This document shows, piece after piece, positions 39,142 to 48,373 of a stretch of DNA of 54,884 nt; the first letter of the stretch is position 1, and every line of letters starts with the position of its first letter. The position numbers and the translations under genes were made by a program. The DNA is taken from the NCBI GenBank assembly GCA_029564175.1, contig JAKQQL010000241.1, positions 1-54,884 of the forward strand, given 5' to 3'. Below the pieces are notes generated by a model. That model was not told the origin of the DNA. It saw only the letters and a program-made list of their open reading frames with translations, and made no database searches. Origin of the DNA: Candidatus Cloacimonadota bacterium. Its GTDB lineage: Bacteria > Cloacimonadota > Cloacimonadia > Cloacimonadales > WRIO01.

Positions 39142-39675
39142 TTAATACAACACAGATAACTCATTGAGACCGATTTCTGACTTTGAAATCAGATTCTTTT
39201 TGAGTAAATCAGCCATTTCAGCATCTTTTTCTCTCAGCTTTTCAATACTTCTTGATACTGCTTTGAGAATTGCTTCTTTCATTCGGTTGTGCGTACTTTG
39301 AAAGTAATCAATCCTGCCACCCCTTACGGTACTTGCCTTCACATACTTTGTAAGCTGTTCCAGTTCTGATTCTGCTTCAGCAAGCTTTTTGGGATTTTCG
39401 TATTCTTGGCAGGCACTAATTAACTCAATCAGATAGTTCATTCTTTTACGAATGTCTTTAAGTGTCAGTTCATCACAACAAGGAATATGTGTCTCCCAAT
39501 ATGTTGTAACAGACATTTCTGTTCCACGCATCATTTTTTTGTTACGTTTGTAATACTCCCGATGAAAGAGTAATTCTTCGGGTTTGAAAAAATGTCCGTC
39601 ATTCTTCAGCAAAAAAAGCAGATAAAAGTCTTTTTTCACGTCAAGTACAGACATTAAATCTTCTTTTGTAAACAT
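39142..39675 (-). CDS. Hypothetical helical protein
   Basis: 177 aa; GGGAGG RBS; coiled-coil-like segment followed by GGRI...KEAILKAVSRSIEKL. Confidence 0.78.
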   Translation of the reverse strand: MFTKEDLMSVLDVKKDFYLLFLLKNDGHFFKPEELLFHREYYKRNKKMMRGTEMSVTTYWETHIPCCDELTLKDIRKRMNYLIELISACQEYENPKKLAEAESELEQLTKYVKASTVRGGRIDYFQSTHNRMKEAILKAVSRSIEKLREKDAEMADLLKKNLISKSEIGLNELSVLY

Positions 39676-39974
39676 CTTTCCTCCCTATGAGTTTATTTTA
39701 AATATAATATATCTAGGAATAAGTTAAAAGCAAATTATTTTTTATTTTTATAATCTTTTTTTTTTTATTGCTATTGATAGACAGATATTGATTCTTTTTT
39801 TAGCATTTACACCTCATACCTATAAAGACAATGTGTGCCTCTATATATATTACCCGGACAAAATGAGGATTTCTGAGAATTATTTTATTATTTTTTTGAT
39901 TTTTGATAATTTTTATCAAGAATAGCAAGATCGTCGCTTTGATGTCTTGGGTGAATAGTCATATAATTATTGTT

Positions 39975-40258
39975 GTAACTACTCAGATACTGGTTGTTAT
40001 TTTAAAAATGGTAGTAAATGCTGTGCAATAAATATATATTGAAAAGCACCTGTAGGGATTTGCGAAGCGAAGCGCCGTAAATCCGCTTAGGATACCTGTA
40101 TGATACACAGATCAGGGTACTTTTCCTTTTTGTTTTTCGGATGTACGGCACTTCGCAAGCTCCTTTTCGCACATCCCTACTGACCGCTTTGACATTTTAT
40201 TTAAAATGACATTTTGCAGACACACATTTATTGTTTAAACCAGTACCTGAGTAGTTAC
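39975..40258. mobile_element. 284-bp MITE (family B), IS66-like GTAA ends
   Basis: 21-bp TIRs GTAACTACTCAGATACTGGTT / AACCAGTACCTGAGTAGTTAC (20/21); perfect 8-bp direct repeat TTATTGTT at 39967-39974 and 40259-40266. Confidence 0.9.
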
Positions 40259-40285
40259 TTATTGTTTCTATGATAACAGAGTTAC

Positions 40286-40476
40286 GAGTCGGTACAAAAA
40301 GGCATGTTTTTCTATGCCGCACCTACGGCGCTTGTTTTGTAACACACTCTATACCAGACGCTTCCGCATCTGGCTACCAATCGACAATTCCTACGGAATT
40401 TTGGTTTTTGCATAGGCTCTTCACCCCGGGCTAGGATTCTTTCGTTCCTTCGGAACTCTTATTTTTGCACAGACTC
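40286..40476. mobile_element. 134-bp MITE-A copy (40286-40419) nested in the right half of another MITE-A copy (40420-40476)
   Basis: Left TIR GAGTCGGTACAAAAA; right TIRs TTTTTGCATAGGCTC (40405-40419) and TTTTTGCACAGACTC (40462-40476); 40420-40459 nearly identical to 4210-4249. Confidence 0.78.
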
Positions 40477-40612
40477 TCCATCGGAGGGGAATTACTTCAA
40501 AGACCTGCCATCCTCAGAATCAGCGTTATCCGTGTCTAAACAAAATGTAGGAATAAAAATTATGATTGACGAAGAAAGCCATACTCAGAATTTTAACACT
40601 GAAGAGGATAAG

Positions 40613-41011
40613 ATGATAAAAGAAACATATCAGATTAAAACGAATTCTCAGATAGAGATGATTGATATTACGATGCAGATCAGAGAATTTGTAAGAAAAA
40701 ACCAGATAAAAGAGGGTCGTATTACAGTCTTTGTACCCCATACCACTGCCGGTGTAACCATCAATGAAAACTGTGATCCGGATGTGCAGTTTGATCTCAA
40801 TCATGCCATGGACAAACTCTTTCCTGATAGTCTCAATATCAGACATGGAGAAGGTAATTCTTCAGCTCATCTGATGTCATCTCTAACAGGAGTTACACAG
40901 GATATCTTTGTAGAAAATGGCAATCTTCTTTTAGGTACATGGCAGGCTGTTTACTTTTGGGAGTTTGATGGTAGCAGAGTTAGAAAATACCATCTGATCT
41001 ATTGTCAGTAA
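40613..41011 (+). CDS. yjbQ: YjbQ/UPF0047 family protein (secondary thiamine-phosphate synthase)
   Basis: PHTTAGVTINENCDPDV, H.EGNS.AH, LGTWQ..YF.EFDG.R; ATG after GAGGA. Confidence 0.92.
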   Translation: MIKETYQIKTNSQIEMIDITMQIREFVRKNQIKEGRITVFVPHTTAGVTINENCDPDVQFDLNHAMDKLFPDSLNIRHGEGNSSAHLMSSLTGVTQDIFVENGNLLLGTWQAVYFWEFDGSRVRKYHLIYCQ

Positions 41012-41023
41012 AAAAGGATAAAA

Positions 41024-42388
41024 ATGAAACATCAGATAGATTTAACCAAAGGGAATATCGCGCTTGAACTGACACGGGTATCCATCCCCATTATGCTCAC
41101 TATGTTTATCCAGATGGCTTATAATCTGACGGATATGATCTGGATAGGCAGTATCGGAAGCGGTGCTGTGGCAGCCATAGGTACTGCCGGTTTCTTTATC
41201 TGGATAGGAAATGCCCTGACCTTTATGCCAAAAGTGGGTTTAGAAGTTTGTGTAGCTCAGTCTGTTGGGAAAAAAGATCAAAATGATTTACAACGTTTTA
41301 TGGCAAATGGATTATTGATTTCGCTGAGTATGTCTGTTATTTTCAGTCTGATTGTTTTTATCATGGCCAATCCGTTGATCAATTTTTTCAAACTGGGAAC
41401 AAATGTAAATGGATTTGATCCAACCAATTCAGCCATCTCTTATCTTAGAGTAATCTCTCTGGGTATGGTATTTACATTTTTAAATCCCTGTTTTACAGCA
41501 GTCTATAATGGTCTTGGAAACAGTAAGCTACCCTTCTACTACAATTCAGCAGGTTTGCTGGTGAATGTTATACTGGATCCTTTACTGATTTTTGGTGTAT
41601 GGATATTTCCCAAAATGGGTGTTCAGGGTGCAGCAATTGCAACCGTAATCGCTCAATTGTGTGTCAGCATTTTATTTATTTTTAGTTTTAGAAGACACTT
41701 TGAGTTTGTCAGACATTTAAAATCATTTTTCGTTTTCAGCCGTTATCATTTATATCGTATCATCAAAATAGGTTTTCCACCAGCAGCACAGAGTGCCATG
41801 TTTGCTTTGATTGCGATGGTAATTGCCCGGATTATCGTGCGATGGGGTGCAATTCCCATTGCCGTACAGAGAGTCGGGTCACAGATTGAATCACTCTCCT
41901 GGATGACAGCCAGTGGATTTTCTACGGCTCTGAGTGCATTTGTTGGTCAGAATTATGGTGCAAAACAATATCACCGGATCTGGAAAGGATTTTTAACAGC
42001 CATGTATATCATGAGTTCAATCGGTATATTGGTAAGCTTACTATTGATTTTGTTTCCAGAATTCCTGTTTAAAATATTCGTTCGTGAACCTAATGCGATT
42101 CAGGAAGGCATCATTTATCTGACCATATTAGGCTATTCTCAACTCTTCATGTGTCTTGAAATCACAACAGCAGGCGCATTTAATGGTCTAGGCAAGTCTT
42201 TACCGCCTTCAATAGTCAGCATCAGTCTTAATCTGCTCAGAATCCCTTCTGCGCTGATATTTTCTGCTCTCATCGGATTAAACGGTATCTGGTGGAGTAT
42301 CAGTGGTTCCAGTATTCTAAAAGGAACCATCCTGGTTATCTGGTTTGCATACTACTTCAGAAAAAAATATAAAACGAACAACTCTTAA
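41024..42388 (+). CDS. MATE family efflux transporter
   Basis: DLTKGNI, YNLTDMIWIG, NVILDPLLIFG, MGVQGAAIAT, GQNYGAK; about 12 TM segments. Confidence 0.93.
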   Translation: MKHQIDLTKGNIALELTRVSIPIMLTMFIQMAYNLTDMIWIGSIGSGAVAAIGTAGFFIWIGNALTFMPKVGLEVCVAQSVGKKDQNDLQRFMANGLLISLSMSVIFSLIVFIMANPLINFFKLGTNVNGFDPTNSAISYLRVISLGMVFTFLNPCFTAVYNGLGNSKLPFYYNSAGLLVNVILDPLLIFGVWIFPKMGVQGAAIATVIAQLCVSILFIFSFRRHFEFVRHLKSFFVFSRYHLYRIIKIGFPPAAQSAMFALIAMVIARIIVRWGAIPIAVQRVGSQIESLSWMTASGFSTALSAFVGQNYGAKQYHRIWKGFLTAMYIMSSIGILVSLLLILFPEFLFKIFVREPNAIQEGIIYLTILGYSQLFMCLEITTAGAFNGLGKSLPPSIVSISLNLLRIPSALIFSALIGLNGIWWSISGSSILKGTILVIWFAYYFRKKYKTNNS

Positions 42389-42656
42389 CGACTCAGGTTA
42401 TCTCTAATCAAAAGCAATAAAATCATTAATGACAATTTTCTCATTGGTTTTATTGGGATTTGATAAATGAAATGCAGTAATTCTGCTTAGGATACCTGAA
42501 CTACAGAAAGCTCATAAAACACTGCCTTTTTGAATAGACTCGGAAGATTTATCATAAAGCGTCAAAGCACTCCGTTAAAAACATATTTTTCAAGATTGTA
42601 AGATACCTAATATCAGTTAGTTAGCTAGCAAATGATCATCCAGTATCAACTAACTT

Positions 42657-42698
42657 ACCACCCCGTCACTCCGTGACACCCCTCCACAGGAGGGGAAT
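42657..42698. repeat. Double-hairpin REP-like element
   Basis: ACCACCCCGTCACTCCGTGACACCCCTCCACAGGAGGGGAAT; right half also at 40477-40493. Confidence 0.7.
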
Positions 42699-42819
42699 TT
42701 TACATTCATCAAATGATTGGATTGCATCTTTTTTCACTCTGCGAATCCGAATGAGATTTTTATAAAAACAATACTTACGAGATTGTTAAAAAAGTTTGTG
42801 ACATTCGGTCACACCTTCA

Positions 42820-42902
42820 GCGCTTCGCTTCGCAAATCCATACAGGTGCTTTTCAATTTATCATTTAATGCACAGCATTTATTACCGTATTTTAAAATAA
42901 CA
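42820..42902 (-). repeat. Partial inverted copy of the MITE-B interior
   Basis: Reverse complement aligns with ~39995-40076 (TTGAAAAGCACCTGTA.GGATTTGCGAAGCGAAGCGC); TIR absent. Confidence 0.8.
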
Positions 42903-42962
42903 TATTTACGATACTTTATAGATTTTTTTATCAAAATGCCTGTTATTTTTAATTAACCTTTG

Positions 42963-43061
42963 AAAAGGATATGATAAGGAAAGGATAAGGAAAGAATAAG
43001 GAAACAATATATCGAAAATATAGCAATAATATGTTTACAGATATATTTTGATATAAAATTT
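42963..43061. repeat. Dispersed element with an 11-bp-phased ATAAGGA array (copy 2)
   Basis: A(A/T)AAGG at 42963, 42974, 42985 and 42996, then TGTTTACAG and ATATAAAATTT. Confidence 0.75.
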
Positions 43062-43073
43062 CTATTTCTAAAA

Positions 43074-43721
43074 TCAGGAAAAGAATTTTTCTAAATCTAA
43101 GATACTTTCAAAAATGTAATCAGGCGCATACTCTTTTATCTCTTCAATCGTCCCATAACCAAACGAAACAGCAGCACAATCAATGTGATTCAATCTTGCA
43201 CCAATGATATCATGCTTTCTGTCTCCAATCATCAGACATTCTTTTGGATTCATCTGATGTTTACCCATCAGATAAGCGATTATTTCTCCTTTTTCTACCC
43301 TGCTCCCATCCGGCAGACATCCACATACATCAAAAAAGTATTCTTGCAGATGAAAATGTTCAATAATCTGAACAGCAAAACTTTCCAGTTTGGAAGTCGC
43401 CACGTACAAAATATATCCTTTTTTACATAGTTTATAAAGCATTTGAGGTACACCCTCAAATAATTTATTTTCAAAAATCCCCTTTTCTTTAAAATATTCT
43501 CTGAAATATTGAATCGCAAGTTTAGCCTTATCAGAAGAAAAGCCATAAAAGTCCTGAAACGAATCAATCAAGGGAGGTCCAATGAAGGCTGTCAGAATCT
43601 TATCATCCTGTTCTTTCATATCAAACTTAGACAAAGCATATTGCACAGAATTAACAATTCCTTGCTTAGGGTCAGATAAAGTACCATCCAGATCAAACAG
43701 GATATGTTTATATACTTTCAT
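43074..43721 (-). CDS. HAD-superfamily hydrolase (phosphoglycolate phosphatase/5'-nucleotidase-like)
   Basis: FDLDGTL, FIGPPL, VATSK, MIGDRKHDIIGA. Confidence 0.92.
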   Translation of the reverse strand: MKVYKHILFDLDGTLSDPKQGIVNSVQYALSKFDMKEQDDKILTAFIGPPLIDSFQDFYGFSSDKAKLAIQYFREYFKEKGIFENKLFEGVPQMLYKLCKKGYILYVATSKLESFAVQIIEHFHLQEYFFDVCGCLPDGSRVEKGEIIAYLMGKHQMNPKECLMIGDRKHDIIGARLNHIDCAAVSFGYGTIEEIKEYAPDYIFESILDLEKFFS

Positions 43722-44053
43722 TTTTTTAATAACTCATTGATCTTGTCCGGGTCGTAACCTAAAAATGCTGTATTTTGTTCCCTGATAACAGGTGTTTTTA
43801 ATAAGAGCGGATGCTCTATCAGTTGATCAAAAGGTTCATGTCTCATGTATTTCAGATTCAATCTTTCATATTCTTTTGAGCAGGTATCCATTAAGGTTTC
43901 AATGGGAATCTTTTGTGATATTTTCTTTAGTTCGCCTGGACTGAGTCCTTTAACCTGTAAGTCAATAAACTGAAAGTCGATTCGTCTTTCTTTTAAGTAA
44001 CGAATGACTTTTTGAGTATCTTTACATTTTTTTGTGCCAATGACCTGAATCAT
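43718..44053 (-). CDS. ArsC/Spx/YffB-family protein
   Basis: GTKKCKDTQK..RYLKER, HPLLLKTPVIR, GY. Confidence 0.85.
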   Translation of the reverse strand: MIQVIGTKKCKDTQKVIRYLKERRIDFQFIDLQVKGLSPGELKKISQKIPIETLMDTCSKEYERLNLKYMRHEPFDQLIEHPLLLKTPVIREQNTAFLGYDPDKINELLKK

Positions 44054-44091
44054 ATCATAATCCCCTGTTAACAGAATTTATTGTATAAATC

Positions 44092-44120
44092 AGGGCAAAA
44101 AGCATTTTGCTTTTTGCCCT
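44092..44120. terminator. Hairpin after pepA (terminator or mRNA-stabilising stem)
   Basis: AGGGCAAAAAGCA-TTT-TGCTTTTTGCCCT. Confidence 0.65.
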
Positions 44121-44132
44121 TGATTACAATTA

Positions 44133-45626
44133 TTATTTTTTCTCAGCCAGTAATTTAACTAAGTAAAACAGCGATTTAACGGCAATCCCTGTACCACCTT
44201 TTTGTTGCCATGCTTTTGGTTTATCAGTCATAGCAGTGCCGGCAATATCAATGTGCATCCAGGGATGATCCTGAATGAATTCTTTGATAAACATACCCGC
44301 TGCAATCGCTCCACCCCATCTGCCGCCTGAGTTTTTCAGGTCAGCCACATCAGATTTATTCAGTTCGGCATATTCTTCATCTGTAGGCAGTTGCCAGAAT
44401 CTTTCATTTGAATATTTTTCAGCTTCTGTAAGCGTTTCAAAGAGAGACTGATCATTAGTCATAACCGCTGTACGAATACCTCCAAGCGCTACTACTGCTG
44501 CACCAGTGAGTGTAGCAATATCGATAATTTTGGAGATTCTTTCATGTTTAAGAGCAAAGTGAATCGCATCAATCAGGGTCAAACGGCCTTCAGCATCAGT
44601 AGATATAATTTCAATCGTTTTACCTGCCATCGAATTGATGATATCACCAGGACGATATGCACGACCAGAAATCATGTTTTCACAGGCAGCCACGACAGCA
44701 GTAACGTTGACAGGCAGTTTAGCATTAGCTATTGCAGCCATTGTTCCAATCACAGCAGCAGCACCGCCCATATCGTTTTTCATATTACCCATACCTTCAC
44801 CTGGTTTAAGATTATAGCCACCTGTATCAAAAGTGAGTCCTTTACCAATTAAACCAATAATGTCATGCGGATGATTTGGATCGCCTTTATGATGCATGAC
44901 GATCAGTCTTGGTTGGTTATCTGAGCCTTTCGCTACGTTGATAAAGGCTTCCATACCAAAAGAAGCGATTTTCTTTTCATCATAGACTTTTACTTCAAAA
45001 TCAAAAGAATTACCTGTTTTCTGAGCCATTTCAGCGAGTTTTCGGGGTGTCATTTCATTGGCAGGCTCATTAACTAATTGTTTTGCCACATTTACTGCTT
45101 CACCAAAGCGAATCCCATTCTGAACTACCAAGGGCATAGATTCAACGGATTGTTCACTAACAAAGATCACTTTATTTAAAAGGTAATCATTTTTCTTTTC
45201 TTTAAAAGTATCAAAGACATAAGCCGATTCAGTAAAAGTTTGAGCTGCCAGTCTGATAAATTCTTCTGTATCTTCAAACTGAGTAATCCAGTGTTCCATC
45301 AATACATTCAGTTCTTTGATTTTTTTCTGGGATGCAATCTGATAAATCTTTGCAAAAAGTGTCTGTAACAATTGATAATTCAAACTTTCCTTGATTTTAC
45401 CCAATCCGATCAGAATGATCAATCTATCCTCTTTAGTATTTGTAAAGTGAATATGTTCAATACTATCCTTTTTCCAGGAAAATTCATTGCCTGAAATCCA
45501 GGTTTCTAACATTTTAAAGATACTCGCAGGTATTAATTTTTTAACCTCATTCAGGTCAAAATCTTCCCACGCAGGGATTACGACAGGAAAGTCTCCTTGC
45601 ATTTTTTCATTGAGTTGCAATTTCAT
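44133..45626 (-). CDS. pepA: Leucyl aminopeptidase (M17)
   Basis: GKGLTFDTGG, MKNDMGGAA, TDAEGRL, IDIATLTGA, WMHIDIAG. Confidence 0.95.
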   Translation of the reverse strand: MKLQLNEKMQGDFPVVIPAWEDFDLNEVKKLIPASIFKMLETWISGNEFSWKKDSIEHIHFTNTKEDRLIILIGLGKIKESLNYQLLQTLFAKIYQIASQKKIKELNVLMEHWITQFEDTEEFIRLAAQTFTESAYVFDTFKEKKNDYLLNKVIFVSEQSVESMPLVVQNGIRFGEAVNVAKQLVNEPANEMTPRKLAEMAQKTGNSFDFEVKVYDEKKIASFGMEAFINVAKGSDNQPRLIVMHHKGDPNHPHDIIGLIGKGLTFDTGGYNLKPGEGMGNMKNDMGGAAAVIGTMAAIANAKLPVNVTAVVAACENMISGRAYRPGDIINSMAGKTIEIISTDAEGRLTLIDAIHFALKHERISKIIDIATLTGAAVVALGGIRTAVMTNDQSLFETLTEAEKYSNERFWQLPTDEEYAELNKSDVADLKNSGGRWGGAIAAGMFIKEFIQDHPWMHIDIAGTAMTDKPKAWQQKGGTGIAVKSLFYLVKLLAEKK

Positions 45627-45635
45627 GATTTCCTC

Positions 45636-46415
45636 CTATTTTATATTGATTTGATTAAATCCGGTATAAAGGTTGAATCGCCTGGTTCTGGCAAAACCAA
45701 TCAGATACAATTTATGTTCCCATGCCAGACGAATGGCTTCTGAAGTTGGGGCAGCATGAGATATTAACAATTGAATCCCCAGTCTGACCGCTTTTTTTAC
45801 AATTTCTGAGGAGACTCTGCCAGTAGTGAGTAAAGCACATTCTGACAATGTCTTCTGCTGTTTTAGAAAAAATCCAGCTACTTTATCTATGGCATTATGT
45901 CTGCCGATATCGTTCATAATGCATTTCAATCTGCCTTCAGATAAAAGAGCAGCGCTATGTACTCCTCCCGTTTCCCTGAACAAATCAGATTTTTGCTGTA
46001 ATTCACTCATTGCGTTCAGAATGACTTCTCTTTCTACTGTTAGTTCTGTAAATTTCTCTCGTCTCCCTGATAAGAATGTACTAAATCCGGCAGAACAGCC
46101 AGAAGTTTTTTCTCTGTTTTGCAGAAAATGGCTAATTCTTTGCTGAGGGATATTAGCTGAGACATGAATCTGATAATCAGAATTGAAACAATCAATTTGT
46201 AAGATTTCACTTTCAACATGAATAATCGCTTCTGAGAATAAAAATCCTAGTGCGAGTTCTTCCAAATATTCTGGTAAAGCTGAAAAACTCAATAAGCGAC
46301 GTTTATTGACAAATAATTCCATGGAGATTTCTCGTACAACCACATCGGTCATATATTCGCTTTTATCTTCATAAAAACGCTTTAATTCAATCATCCTTTT
46401 AGAATTATCATCCAT
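45636..46415 (-). CDS. fdhD: Formate dehydrogenase accessory sulfurtransferase FdhD
   Basis: ELALGFLFSE, TSGC, FRETGGVHSAAL, DIGRHNAIDK, TGRVSSE, LIGFAR. Confidence 0.88.
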   Translation of the reverse strand: MDDNSKRMIELKRFYEDKSEYMTDVVVREISMELFVNKRRLLSFSALPEYLEELALGFLFSEAIIHVESEILQIDCFNSDYQIHVSANIPQQRISHFLQNREKTSGCSAGFSTFLSGRREKFTELTVEREVILNAMSELQQKSDLFRETGGVHSAALLSEGRLKCIMNDIGRHNAIDKVAGFFLKQQKTLSECALLTTGRVSSEIVKKAVRLGIQLLISHAAPTSEAIRLAWEHKLYLIGFARTRRFNLYTGFNQINIK

Positions 46416-46517
46416 TTTCACCTCATTGTCGTTATTATTTTTCTTTACATAATTTAAGGCAAGTTTTTTTTTACTTTTTTTAAAGATATTATAATTATTT
46501 TGTATATTGGAGTAAAA

Positions 46518-47219
46518 ATGACACGACTTGAAAGACTTTTGATTGAAAAGATTGATGAAAATAATCAGAAATATCAGCTATGGACGAATAGTGAACCACT
46601 TGTAATAGCAATATCTGGTGGGAAAGACAGTCTGTCATTGTATAGTTTAATGAAAAAAATACATAATCATCTCTTGCCGGTTCATCTCAGAATTATAAAT
46701 GAAAATCTGATGCATTTTACTTTCAAAGAAGAAACTCAAATCATAGAAACAGGCATCTACTCTCAAGCGAAAGAGAAAAGTAAAAAGGGAAATTGCTGTT
46801 ACAACTGCTCCAGATTACGCAGAAAAGCACTGTTGGAATTTGCAAAAAGTAATCAAGCACATAAAATACTGCTGGCTCATACTTTAAACGATACGATTGA
46901 AACCCTCTTACTTAATATGCTTTTCAGCAGAGAAATCAGTACATTAAAATCCAGACAGGAACTGTTTAACGGAGAATATGAGCTAATCAGACCAATGTAC
47001 AATATTGAAGACAAACTCATTAAATCTTATGTGAAAGAAAAACAATTTGATATCATGGTGAATCTATGCCCTGAAAATAATAATTCAAAAAGGGCTTATA
47101 TCAGAAATTTACTGACACAGATTCAATCTGATCATCCACATTTAAACATTTACGACAATCTCTTTGCTTCAATTCAACATATCAAAAAAAGTTTTTTACC
47201 ATTCAAAATAGAAGATTAA
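46518..47219 (+). CDS. TtcA-like tRNA thiolase (PP-loop)
   Basis: SGGKDS, CCYNCSRLRRKAL, AH..ND.IET, LIRPM, CP....SKR; ATG after GGAG. Confidence 0.82.
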   Translation: MTRLERLLIEKIDENNQKYQLWTNSEPLVIAISGGKDSLSLYSLMKKIHNHLLPVHLRIINENLMHFTFKEETQIIETGIYSQAKEKSKKGNCCYNCSRLRRKALLEFAKSNQAHKILLAHTLNDTIETLLLNMLFSREISTLKSRQELFNGEYELIRPMYNIEDKLIKSYVKEKQFDIMVNLCPENNNSKRAYIRNLLTQIQSDHPHLNIYDNLFASIQHIKKSFLPFKIED

Positions 47220-47294
47220 CATGTTGAATTACTTGATTATTTTAGAATAACTTCATGCATTCAAATGGGCTTTTATTCATCAGATTTTATAAAA

Positions 47295-48371
47295 TCAGAT
47301 AATAATTTTTTTATCAACAAATCTACTGTTCATAAGATTAGCAACTCCCATATAGTTCGGGATAAAAGCAATAGTATCTCCTTCTTTAAGATTTAAATCA
47401 TTGTTTTCTAAATCATAAACGGTCATATCTGAGCTGTTACCAAAAAAAGAGACATTGTCTTTTAATGTAGTCAAATAACCAGGATCTACATCTAAAGACC
47501 CAAAATCAACAATTGCTTTAAAGCTTGGCTTATTTTTTGTTATATCATTTGTCGTTCCTACTTTTGAATCACCTAAAATGCCATCTGGTTCATTCTCTTT
47601 CTTCTTTAATTCGACAATATACGAATTAAACTCAAATGTTTTTGTATTTAAATCTTCAAAAGCGGTATTATTATAAGGAGATATACCAAGAAATGGCGCT
47701 TCTCCGAGCCTAAAATGATTTATTTCTGAGGGAATTTTATCCTCAAGTAACAAAGGTAAAGTAATTGAAGATGCGCCTGATATAATTTCCAGCCGTTGTT
47801 GAAAACTTACTTCAATAAGTTGCTTATATAAACTCAATTGAAGAAGTTTATCAAAAGTAGGCTGAACGCCAAACATACATCCCAGATTTGTACCTAAACC
47901 AATAACCTCAATATTCGGTAATTCAAAAACTGACTTATAAAAGTTTAACACCTGATCTCGTAGTACGCCCTCTCTTAATTCCCCCATTTCAATCATAATG
48001 ATTATTTTATGAATTTTATTCTGTTTATGCGCTTCTTTATTGAGTGCATAAATAGTATTTAGGGCAGTATTAATGGATATGTCTGCGTATTTAACGACTT
48101 CTTCAATATATGCAAGCGCAGGGGGCTTTATGTAAAGGGTTTTCATATGAGGATTTATTTTTTTTACGGCTTTTAGACCACTCAGATGTGAATCACCAAT
48201 TGAATGCAAGCTTTCTAATAAATCAGACTTTAAAAGCTCAGTTATTACTTCATTATTAGACCCTAATATTTTTTGTACTAAAGTCCATGATTTCCCTTTA
48301 CTATGTAACAAATCATTCAATTTCTGTATATTTTCTAGAATTCTTTTAATATGGATCTCTATAAAAGCCAT
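47295..48371 (-). CDS. PLP-dependent alanine/ornithine racemase-family protein
   Basis: LVQK (likely Schiff-base Lys), MIEMGELREG, GLGTNLGC, SGASS, FRLGE, SSDM. Confidence 0.85.
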   Translation of the reverse strand: MAFIEIHIKRILENIQKLNDLLHSKGKSWTLVQKILGSNNEVITELLKSDLLESLHSIGDSHLSGLKAVKKINPHMKTLYIKPPALAYIEEVVKYADISINTALNTIYALNKEAHKQNKIHKIIIMIEMGELREGVLRDQVLNFYKSVFELPNIEVIGLGTNLGCMFGVQPTFDKLLQLSLYKQLIEVSFQQRLEIISGASSITLPLLLEDKIPSEINHFRLGEAPFLGISPYNNTAFEDLNTKTFEFNSYIVELKKKENEPDGILGDSKVGTTNDITKNKPSFKAIVDFGSLDVDPGYLTTLKDNVSFFGNSSDMTVYDLENNDLNLKEGDTIAFIPNYMGVANLMNSRFVDKKIII

Positions 48372-48373
48372 CT

